The notes below the pieces were generated by a model, which saw only the letters and a program-made list of their open reading frames with translations, ran no database searches and had not been told where the DNA came from. The position numbers and the translations under genes were made by a program. A stretch of 64,000 nucleotides of DNA from positions 1 through 64,000 of IMG/VR virus record IMGVR_UViG_3300022848_000014, one strand, 5' to 3'. Below, piece after piece: positions 55,642 to 64,000 of this stretch (within the stretch, counting starts at the first letter, position 1; every line of letters begins with the position of its first letter). The DNA comes from a virus.

Positions 55642-56000
55642 TGGAATTCTGGTTTTTCGGTTTTTCGTATTGTCTTAATATCATTCACAAACTCACTATC
55701 TAATCCTACCCCTTCACCATCTGGATCGGTGAAGTAGTCAGTGACTAATGGGAAGAACCTCTTAAGCATGTACCAAGCGCCCATTAAGACGATTGAGAAC
55801 ACACCGATACCCGCCAGAGACGACATTAGGTACCTCATTGATATTGCTGGCATTTCATCCGGGCCAAAAATGTACCCAAGGCCGTACAACCCCCCATATA
55901 CAATTCCAACCCACACTAGGATATTAATAACGTCTTTCCCCATTACCAGGGACCAAGCTTTCTTGATCAATTTAATTGATTTACTTTTTTGCATTTTCAT
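55557..56000 (-). CDS. Holin-like membrane protein
   Basis: Three hydrophobic segments; overlaps the lysin start. Confidence 0.55.
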   Translation of the reverse strand: MKMQKSKSIKLIKKAWSLVMGKDVINILVWVGIVYGGLYGLGYIFGPDEMPAISMRYLMSSLAGIGVFSIVLMGAWYMLKRFFPLVTDYFTDPDGEGVGLDSEFVNDIKTIRKTEKPEFQCFRRPLFFLSIYAFFVLCAAAMIAAIL

Positions 56001-59000
56001 CTTTCATTTTTTGAATTGATAAATCTCGTTTGGCTTTACGCTCTTCGTCTCTTATTTTTTTTGCTGCAGCTCTTTCTAGTGCAACTTTAACTCCAGGCCC
56101 CTTTTCAAGAGCTAGTTCCCATGTTTTCTGTGTAATGTCTACCTCATACTTTTTAGCCATCATATCCTCTAAAGCTTTTTGGGCTGTTCGATTAATTCCT
56201 GGCTTATCAGGATTAACCACTTCCTTAAGATATGAGTAGTGAACTAATTTTTGTTCTTTCTCAGTGATCCTTTCTTGTGGGATTTTCTCGATGTAGTTGT
56301 AGAGGGTCATTGTATATCGATAAGTCTCGTCGTCTAGGTCTTCAACAAACCTACGGACTAAAGGCATTTGGTTCACACTTCCCTCTTTATCAAAAGTAGC
56401 TATGCGAACTGCTTCTTGGGCTATACCCCCAAAAACCTCATTCATTATGTAGTCAAAAGTCTCTGGACTAATACTCACACCCATTTTGTCATAGAGTTGT
56501 TGGGCACCCTCTATGTAGGCTTCATTTGTACTTTTATGGTAAATCTCATGATCAGCCTTTCCAATAGTAAATTTCGGATAAATTGGACTCATCTTATAAT
56601 CTTTATTCATGGAGACCTCAGCACTTTGGGAAGCAAGTACTGGCAAAAAGGCACTTACCCAGTTAGCTTGGTTCCCACTCACAGGGTCAACCACCATTTG
56701 TACCGAATGCAATTGATTAAAGAAAGCTCTGGCTGGTGTGATCCTGCCAGATTGAAGGTCATAAGCAGCTTCACCCATTGACATAAATAGTCTTAGGAAA
56801 GAATAGGATTTCGGAATCTTGAAGGGCTTTGTTGGTTCAACTGGATTATAGATGTAAGTGTTCTGAGTCCAGTCCATCGGTGATTCGGTCATCATTTTTA
56901 GCTCATCCTCTTCATCCATCATGCTGTAGAGTAGCATTTTGTTTAGGTAGGCAAATGAGGCTGCTGCTGCCAGAGCTTTTCTACCAGACTTTGACTTGAG
57001 TAATTGCCCAGTCTTGGCCACACCCTGTATTCCTGCATTAAGGAAAAGGTACATGCTATTGAGAATAGTCATTTGAGACCCTTTTTTCTCAAAGTTTAGG
57101 GATATGTTTTTAGCGGCTCCCGCAGCCTGTTGTGGGGATAACCCTGCATCCCTGAGTGATGCATATACGGCTAGTCTGTTGGACATCTCAAAAACCTCAT
57201 TGATTCCTAAGGCTGTGTCCATCATGGCGTGAAGCGTCTCTTTGGCCATGTTTGTCCCTTTGTTTGCTTTAGACTTCTCACCAAGTTTTTTTAAGCTGTC
57301 AACCTGATCTTGTATCTGGCCATAGTTAGCCCATGACATGTACATCCCTTCAGCCCTTGCCTCACTCAGATATTGCATCATGTCACCCCCTTGGTCTGTG
57401 GCACCAAAGTAGTTTTTAGCAATTGTGGGTCCAGCAATACGAAGGTTTGCTAGATATGCACGTCGAATTCCCTTTAAGTCATATCGATCTTTTTCCACTC
57501 CTAAGTTTGCAAGGACATCCTGTGTATCACGAGCAAAGTTGGGAACACCAAAGAATATGTTAAGGGATGTTATGAGAGACCGTTGGAAATTAGTCATTGC
57601 CCCAAAACCTTTGATAATTTTGCCCTCCCACTTTCCTGTCTTTCGATTACTTGGGATAAGCGCATTATAGAGTCCTTCATGCCTAACCTCAAGATAAACG
57701 ATTTTACCCCCGGGCATACGAACCTTTACTGAGTTCGTTTTCACATTGTCAGGAACAAGGTCATTGTAAGAGATTATGTCTCCCGTATCTGGATCGATGT
57801 CAGGTATTCCTCTTGCGGTATGCACTTTCCATACTGAAGGATCGGCATTTTGACGAGCAAGTTCCACGAGCGCTCTATTGGCATTATTCTTCTCTACTTT
57901 CTCAATGGTTTTGGCCAGGTTTACTACCGCTTGATTTAATGGGTCATAGACTTGCTCTGAAGTATATGAGCCCCTTCCTTCAGCGGCCAGGATGTCAGGA
58001 GAAGTGCTACCACCTTTTTTCTTTGACTTTGAGTTAAAGAATGCAGGGTCAATAACAACGGGCATGTAGTTTGACCATTCAATATCTGATCCTGTTTTAT
58101 CCCCATTTAGTAGGGCTTGGTATTGCTTTTCGTCGATGAAATCGTTTTCATAGAGTATATCAAGATTCTTTTCCAAAACTTCCTCCCTGAATTCTTGGGC
58201 AAACTCATCTAGGTCTTTACGCTTTCCATCATAGCTATCTAATATGGCCTGTGCGTCTTTATCGCTCATTCTGGCTCCTTCCTCTACAATTCGATATAAT
58301 TCCACCTCATTGTTCTCGATAGCCTCAATTTGGGCAGCGTAGAACTGTTGTCCTCTTGTGGTTTCAGCATTTTCCATCTTAGCAGTTAGTTGAGCAACTT
58401 TTTCTTCCTGCTTCTTGATTGACATATCCCTGAGTCTTGCATTACGCTCAGGAACGTGAAGGGCGTACATGAATTGGGAAAGGTCTGTGAGTGTTAATCC
58501 CTTCTTTTTCATTCTTCCATTAAGGGAAGCTTTGTTCTGCTTTCTCTTTTCAAATACGGTGCTTCTGCCTGATATTTGGAAAGTGGTACCAGGGTCCGCG
58601 CCATAAATATAGGTCTTGAGTGCATCGATTTGTTCTGCAGTCTTTGATCTAACAAGCTCTCGTTTCGTGTAAGCATTAAGTGCGTCTGGTAAGTTTTTAC
58701 CCTTAAGCTTCTCGATAGACTGTTGAATTTTCTTAAGCCATATATCCCCATCTTGGAAAGCTTGCCTGAAGCTGGTAAACGTTTCAAAGCCTTCTGTTTT
58801 AGATAGGGGTATTGTCATGCCAGATTCATTCAGAAAATCAATTTCCCTTTGAACCCTTCCCATTAGGACATCGGCCAATTTCTCATCCATGCCTAGTTTA
58901 TCTACGACAAACCTCGTGATTGCTGCAGGGTCAGCGCCTCCTTGCATGGCCATTACGATTGAAGCTCGAATCTTCATGAAGTCCCTTGACATGTTGACTG

Positions 59001-62000
59001 TCATAAACTCCTTGTAAAGGTTCTCATTACGAAGCTTACCATCAAACATTGCTCTCAAGTGAGGGGAAAGCGCCTGATTCATGGTAAGCTCTTCAGCCAC
59101 TTTTTGGGTAAATCCCTCTAGTGTCAAGTTCTCAATTTCCTTGGCATTCAATTTACCAGACCACATACCAGAGGCTATGAGGGGCTTAGTAAATTGATTG
59201 AATGCTGTGCTTAAGAACTTGCGAAATTTCTTTCTGAAGTTGTCGGGCTGCTTATCAACCTCTAAAGCTTTATCGGCTATGGCATCAGTCAACGCATCTA
59301 AGTATGGGTTCCTAGACTTCCTTTTTTTGGCTTCTGCCAAATACTTTGTGCCTTCCATCATTTCCTTCACTTGATGAAGTAACTCAGGTCGGTTTTGCAT
59401 TGCTGGGAGTATCCATGCTTTTGCAAAAGTCTTGAAAGTTTCCTTTGGGGTGATTGTGGCAGGATTGAAGTAGATGTTCCCATCCATGCTCACAATTACT
59501 TGTTGCCCCGCATATTCATCTCCGAGTGCTTCAACTTGCTCTTTGAATTCTGAGAAGTCAAATGAAACTTTTAGTCCAGGGAATGCTTTACCCAGTGCAG
59601 TTGCAATCTTGGACGCATATCTGGTATTGGCCTCAGTTGACTCTTGCGTGTCTGGGAGTGTTACCGATTGCATATCGATACCTTCGAAAGCCTGTATAAC
59701 TTGATCCCCCAATAGATCCCCAAAAGTCATCACGGCCATTGCCTCTGCACCGTTGTATCCTTCAGCTTCTAAAGCCGCAATGATTTCCTCATTAGTAAAC
59801 CCTTGTGATTGCAGCAATTCTATAATGGCCTTAATCTCTGCGTGTTCATTAAATCCTACTTGGAAGAGGGGTTTGCTCTCAGCCTCGACTTTATCAATTT
59901 CAACATTACGATCATCAAATACGACATAATTTGCGTCGGTGTATTCCTTATTCCGTGGTTTTGGTATACCCATGGAGAGTGTTCCAACAGGATAGCGGAT
60001 GCCATCGATTCCTTTATGGGTCAACCTCATTGATGCTTGTTGTGGACTCATGTATTTAGTGAGCGTAAAATACAAGAAAGCTCCACTAAAGAGATCCGCA
60101 TCAGTTAAGAGCTCGACTAATTTATCAGTGTCATTATCAAGATCGTATTGCTCGTTAAAATGCTCCATGAGCACCTCATGTAAATCTGGTTCAGCAGCGT
60201 ATGTTTTCCCATCATTTGTGTCAAAATAAATTTCGTAACCTAGTGCCTCATAATCACCTTGCTCTGAATTGCTTACATCAACAGCTACACTGTTTGGGTC
60301 TGGTACTTCTAATATTCTACGAAGTTGATCTTCTGGCAGTGCGTTTTTCCATTCTAGGTACTCGTATTCACTTGGTTCTTTCCCTTTATGAATGGTAGTA
60401 TGATAAACTTGGCCACCACCAATTGTCCATGGCTTAACCTCTCCGCTTTTTATTAGTGGAACAATTTTGGCAAAGGCAGCAGCTTTTTTATGTGTGGAGC
60501 TTTCTTTATTTGGATCATTCTTAGCCCCTTCAGCCCACTTCTTCTCAAAGTATTCTGCCCTCTTAATGTAATCGGCCTTGAGTCTAGGGGATGCATTCAT
60601 GAGGTTTGATTCAAACACCTGATCTAAAGCCTCTCTCTCGTTATAATCAAAATCTAAAGGATCTCCGTCTTTTGATTTGATTTCCCAATTTTTAGTGTCT
60701 TGAATTTTTCGTGAGAGTGTTGTAGCATAATCCTGGGCTATTTCTTTTTTACTTGTGAAATAGAGGCCATAGCCAAAAGCTTGAGCACCCTCACCAGTCC
60801 CAATCTTATCTGAGTTGAACTTATCAAATAAAAATGGTGTTCCGTGATATGCTCTGACTTCTTGGCTGGTCCCTTGATTTCCAAAAAGGATTATTTGTTC
60901 TTCTCTTGATATTGGTGATCCATCCCCATAATTTTCAGTCGCAGATGGTGGGGTTTCCTTTCGTTGTCGAGGACTCATTGCAGCCCTGTTCTGTACGTTT
61001 CTAGCCTCAGTCTCTCCCGCTAGTGATTGGTATAGCTTGTGAGCCACATCACTAGGGACTCTTTTAGAAATTATTGCTGTTTTCTCTGAGGTTAATTCTT
61101 CGGATTTGAGTGTTTCAATTTCAGCTAGTAAAAAATCACGTCTACCATCAAGTGTTTCTAAAGCTTCTTGTAACACTAAACTTACGGGCTTACCTAAGTT
61201 CGCATCTTCGCTCTGAGAACTGAAATACATTAATTCAGTTGATGCATCATAGGAGCCTAATTTCTCAGTCCCAAAGTTACCTTGTATAAGAGCATTAAGA
61301 TTGTCTTTAGCTACCCTTTCCTCTCTTTGAAGTTTCTGAATTTCATCCGTTAAATATCCATTTTCATCAGGTCTTTCTTTTTTATTCAGGTCATACAGTT
61401 CTTCTGTCTCTTTCTTTTTTTGCCTAAAAAGAAGTGTCAGATCAGAAAGTTCATTTCTAAACGCTTCATCAGTCTGAAATTTATTAAGAACATCCTGAGT
61501 AACCTTTTTGCTATCAGATACATCTAGCAGGTCTTTTCTGGTTGCAGTGATTGCAGACGTAGAAAGTTCATTTTGCTTGCTTGCAGGTAGAGATGCTATG
61601 ACTGATTGTGGATTGCCTCCCATAGCAAAACCTTCAATCATTTGAATAGCGTGTTGCAGTTCGTGTATGAAGGTCGATCCCTTGTCTTGAGCGTATGGAG
61701 TTACTTGAAGCACTTTTGTTTCAGAGTTGTAAGACCCCTGAAGCCCCCCGAAATCCATGAAGCCACCTTTTTTTGATATTTTAATATCAAGAAGAGCTGG
61801 GTAAAGCTTGAATATTTCTTCGTATGGACTAATGACTTCGGTTATTGAAACTGTTTCAGTACCAAAAAGTTTCTGTGTAGCGAGAGCTTCAAACGCTTCA
61901 GTATTGAACATTGGTGGTTGTACTTCATACTTCCACTTTCCGTCAGTACCTCTTGCCCATCCTGTTAATCCACGAATGTATTCTGCACCATCTTTAATTC

Positions 62001-64000
62001 CTGGGTTTAGGTTGTTCTCTAATAATTGCGCCCGGCCTAACTTCTCCTTGACTTCATTATTCAGATTAGCATTTGAACCCACAAACTGGAATAAGGCTTT
62101 CCCATTTGGAGATAGACTATTTGGGTCTATTGGACCACCTTCTTCAGGTGTTAGTTTCACACCTAGCTCTTGCCCTCCCAGTAGATCGAATATAGCTCCA
62201 TCTAGGAATTCATCGAGGGTCATCTTGTCAATGGATTCTGTCTTTTGCATGAAGAAGGTTTCACCCAAATATGCTTTCATCTTCTCGATCCAGGCAGTGA
62301 ACTTATCTACCATGGCCTTTGAGCCTAGTGCCTTACTTAAGTTCTTGGCACCCCTCATCCCGATCGCTTGTACTAAAGCCTCATCTCGTTTCTCGTATTC
62401 AGTTAGGTGTGCATAGGCAGGATTGTTCTTGATCTCTTGGAATATGGCAGTTTCCTTCATCAACTGATTGGCCTCATTGTAAAGGTCATAGTTGGTGGCC
62501 TTCATGTGCTCAATGTAGATGTGGGCAAACTCATGTATGGCAGTATCCCTAGTTGCTGCTTGTGGGTTTATGTAGACTTTTCCGTTCCAATAAAACCCTT
62601 TGACTTTGTTGGTGTCCACGGGTATTCCCATCTCCGCAGACACTTTGGCTGCTGCTTCATTAAACGCTTCTTGATCATAAACCACTGGAACCTTAATTGC
62701 CTCAAGTAATTGCTTGATGGAGTTCCCTATGAATTCGGAAACACCTTTGCGCCTGGTCTTAATTACATCGGTAGCAGCCTTAGTTCGTACTTGGAAAGGA
62801 GTGTCTGGAACTGGTTCATTTGCCTTTGCTTCAGCTTTTTTAGCATCGTCCTTTTTGATTTGGGCCTGGGCACTTAGTTTGTTGAATTTTTTCCCAGTGA
62901 GTTCCCCCATTAATTCATCAATGGCAACTTGCCCAGGTGTTCGGCTAATTCCATTAGGATTGGCAATCATAAAGTCCACGATGTCATTACCGTCTACCTG
63001 AACAGCTTCGGTACCCGTGTCCCCTTCTCCTTCTGAGATATTGTCAGCTAGTTTTGCAATATCTGAAACTATTTTTTCCCCTTTCTTGGCAAACCATGTT
63101 TTCGCAAGGTTGAAAGTGATGTTTGTCGCATTGCTGTTTCTGATAAAGTCTTCTCTCGATATAGAGTTCTTGCCTAAGTTCTCAGATATGAGTCTATCCA
63201 TTTGGCTCAGACTTGATTGCTGAAGAGTCTGATCCATGTATGCCTCAGAAAGACTTGTTTTAATCTCGTCTAAAATCGTATCATATTGATCGCGGATTTT
63301 GTCAGACATTTCCTGTAAGTGGGCTTCTGTGTTGCCAGGGTCTTTTATAATCTTCTGCTCTGTTTCGTACTGAATATCTTGCATTATTTGACTTGGAACA
63401 ATCTCTTGGCTCCCGAATATCTCATCCTTGATACGTTGTACAACATCAAATATCTTTTTGACTGCTTCAGTAGACTTGGGCGGTGCTGGCTGGCGTTTGG
63501 CATTTTTACCCCTCTTAGTCTTTACCACTTTAGCTTTAGGGGCTTTAGTGGATGAGAGTCCTTCCGATAAAGCTTCAGTAGATTTTTCTAGGTTTCCTCC
63601 CTTGACTGCTTTTGTGACTTTTTCTGCAATTGGGTTTTTGTCAGTCTTACCTTCAGTTTGAACAGGCTTGTCGGGCTTTGGATCACCATCAGTTTTAGTG
63701 TCAGCTTTGTTCTCGACTTTTCCATCTGTTTTCTTTTTTGCCTCTAGTAAGGGAGAAATTAGTTTGTCATACTTCTGGTAAATCGCATCAAACTTCTTCT
63801 TGTCAGAATCCGAAAGTTTAGATCGATCTACTTTACCGTCTACCCTTGCTTCATCTATGTTTGGAATGGCTTCGGATAGTTCGGTTTGCTCTTCTGCTCG
63901 AAGTGTTTCTACCTTTTTTGTTACTTCTTCTTGCTCCCGTACTTCGGTGTCGGTTTCGGCTTTATTGTCTTTTTTACTTGGTAGGTCTTTTTTACTGGCT
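55981..64000 (-). CDS. Giant polyvalent (ejected/internal virion) protein: zincin metallopeptidases, LPD23-like, ADP-ribosyltransferase-like and C-terminal LPD38-like domains; 5' end beyond the window
   Basis: Frame stays open from 63528 to the window edge; HEFAH, TGW..G.DGKWKYE, HELQH...LAGE.EARNV, YHG...F....IGTGEG.QAFG.GLYF, NF.KKG.......LFLNA.IQG motifs. Confidence 0.8.
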   Translation of the reverse strand, partial: ASKKDLPSKKDNKAETDTEVREQEEVTKKVETLRAEEQTELSEAIPNIDEARVDGKVDRSKLSDSDKKKFDAIYQKYDKLISPLLEAKKKTDGKVENKADTKTDGDPKPDKPVQTEGKTDKNPIAEKVTKAVKGGNLEKSTEALSEGLSSTKAPKAKVVKTKRGKNAKRQPAPPKSTEAVKKIFDVVQRIKDEIFGSQEIVPSQIMQDIQYETEQKIIKDPGNTEAHLQEMSDKIRDQYDTILDEIKTSLSEAYMDQTLQQSSLSQMDRLISENLGKNSISREDFIRNSNATNITFNLAKTWFAKKGEKIVSDIAKLADNISEGEGDTGTEAVQVDGNDIVDFMIANPNGISRTPGQVAIDELMGELTGKKFNKLSAQAQIKKDDAKKAEAKANEPVPDTPFQVRTKAATDVIKTRRKGVSEFIGNSIKQLLEAIKVPVVYDQEAFNEAAAKVSAEMGIPVDTNKVKGFYWNGKVYINPQAATRDTAIHEFAHIYIEHMKATNYDLYNEANQLMKETAIFQEIKNNPAYAHLTEYEKRDEALVQAIGMRGAKNLSKALGSKAMVDKFTAWIEKMKAYLGETFFMQKTESIDKMTLDEFLDGAIFDLLGGQELGVKLTPEEGGPIDPNSLSPNGKALFQFVGSNANLNNEVKEKLGRAQLLENNLNPGIKDGAEYIRGLTGWARGTDGKWKYEVQPPMFNTEAFEALATQKLFGTETVSITEVISPYEEIFKLYPALLDIKISKKGGFMDFGGLQGSYNSETKVLQVTPYAQDKGSTFIHELQHAIQMIEGFAMGGNPQSVIASLPASKQNELSTSAITATRKDLLDVSDSKKVTQDVLNKFQTDEAFRNELSDLTLLFRQKKKETEELYDLNKKERPDENGYLTDEIQKLQREERVAKDNLNALIQGNFGTEKLGSYDASTELMYFSSQSEDANLGKPVSLVLQEALETLDGRRDFLLAEIETLKSEELTSEKTAIISKRVPSDVAHKLYQSLAGETEARNVQNRAAMSPRQRKETPPSATENYGDGSPISREEQIILFGNQGTSQEVRAYHGTPFLFDKFNSDKIGTGEGAQAFGYGLYFTSKKEIAQDYATTLSRKIQDTKNWEIKSKDGDPLDFDYNEREALDQVFESNLMNASPRLKADYIKRAEYFEKKWAEGAKNDPNKESSTHKKAAAFAKIVPLIKSGEVKPWTIGGGQVYHTTIHKGKEPSEYEYLEWKNALPEDQLRRILEVPDPNSVAVDVSNSEQGDYEALGYEIYFDTNDGKTYAAEPDLHEVLMEHFNEQYDLDNDTDKLVELLTDADLFSGAFLYFTLTKYMSPQQASMRLTHKGIDGIRYPVGTLSMGIPKPRNKEYTDANYVVFDDRNVEIDKVEAESKPLFQVGFNEHAEIKAIIELLQSQGFTNEEIIAALEAEGYNGAEAMAVMTFGDLLGDQVIQAFEGIDMQSVTLPDTQESTEANTRYASKIATALGKAFPGLKVSFDFSEFKEQVEALGDEYAGQQVIVSMDGNIYFNPATITPKETFKTFAKAWILPAMQNRPELLHQVKEMMEGTKYLAEAKKRKSRNPYLDALTDAIADKALEVDKQPDNFRKKFRKFLSTAFNQFTKPLIASGMWSGKLNAKEIENLTLEGFTQKVAEELTMNQALSPHLRAMFDGKLRNENLYKEFMTVNMSRDFMKIRASIVMAMQGGADPAAITRFVVDKLGMDEKLADVLMGRVQREIDFLNESGMTIPLSKTEGFETFTSFRQAFQDGDIWLKKIQQSIEKLKGKNLPDALNAYTKRELVRSKTAEQIDALKTYIYGADPGTTFQISGRSTVFEKRKQNKASLNGRMKKKGLTLTDLSQFMYALHVPERNARLRDMSIKKQEEKVAQLTAKMENAETTRGQQFYAAQIEAIENNEVELYRIVEEGARMSDKDAQAILDSYDGKRKDLDEFAQEFREEVLEKNLDILYENDFIDEKQYQALLNGDKTGSDIEWSNYMPVVIDPAFFNSKSKKKGGSTSPDILAAEGRGSYTSEQVYDPLNQAVVNLAKTIEKVEKNNANRALVELARQNADPSVWKVHTARGIPDIDPDTGDIISYNDLVPDNVKTNSVKVRMPGGKIVYLEVRHEGLYNALIPSNRKTGKWEGKIIKGFGAMTNFQRSLITSLNIFFGVPNFARDTQDVLANLGVEKDRYDLKGIRRAYLANLRIAGPTIAKNYFGATDQGGDMMQYLSEARAEGMYMSWANYGQIQDQVDSLKKLGEKSKANKGTNMAKETLHAMMDTALGINEVFEMSNRLAVYASLRDAGLSPQQAAGAAKNISLNFEKKGSQMTILNSMYLFLNAGIQGVAKTGQLLKSKSGRKALAAAASFAYLNKMLLYSMMDEEDELKMMTESPMDWTQNTYIYNPVEPTKPFKIPKSYSFLRLFMSMGEAAYDLQSGRITPARAFFNQLHSVQMVVDPVSGNQANWVSAFLPVLASQSAEVSMNKDYKMSPIYPKFTIGKADHEIYHKSTNEAYIEGAQQLYDKMGVSISPETFDYIMNEVFGGIAQEAVRIATFDKEGSVNQMPLVRRFVEDLDDETYRYTMTLYNYIEKIPQERITEKEQKLVHYSYLKEVVNPDKPGINRTAQKALEDMMAKKYEVDITQKTWELALEKGPGVKVALERAAAKKIRDEERKAKRDLSIQKMKDENAKK

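Noticed and set aside
1-64000. Stop-codon reassignment as in some crAss-like phages
   Set aside because: Long ORFs are intact in the standard code, and TAA, TAG and TGA all terminate genes
55981-64000. Virion RNA polymerase
   Set aside because: No DxDxD catalytic motif recognised in the visible part; domains match polyvalent proteins

Overview
A 64 kb slice of a lytic-looking Bacteroidota (Flavobacteria/Cytophaga-type) podovirus, read in the standard genetic code. Host assignment rests on several TTTG-N19-TAnnTTTG-type promoters and A-rich, SD-less leaders. Layout: (i) 1-21.6 kb, minus strand, crAss-like virion module (tandem GroES-like gene, TerL, portal, scaffold, MCP, tail rings, muzzle, fibres); (ii) 22.3-29.8 kb, plus strand, small early-type genes punctuated by four copies of a 43-bp hairpin repeat; (iii) 29.8-46.4 kb, minus strand, replication/recombination genes (DnaG, RecT-like, SSB-like, RuvC-like, YqaJ, helicase, initiator); (iv) 47-54.8 kb, plus strand, GroES/GroEL, an Acb2/Tad1-like protein, a tRNA-like RNA and HNH; (v) 55-64 kb, minus strand, CHAP lysin, holin and a giant polyvalent protein running off the window. 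The main finding is two oppositely oriented, AT-rich arrays of integron-like gene cassettes (39.1-43.1 kb and 53.2-54.9 kb). They are bounded by eight attC-like palindromic sites (..AAC ... GTT..). Each complete cassette starts with a GTT sequence complementary to its own AAC end, as G/TT recombination predicts. Cargo is mostly DNA-modification genes, including four methyltransferases. Two cassettes share one outer shell with internal 16-bp inverted repeats around unrelated methyltransferase cores. No integrase is visible in the window. All assignments are from motif recognition by eye; no searches were run.
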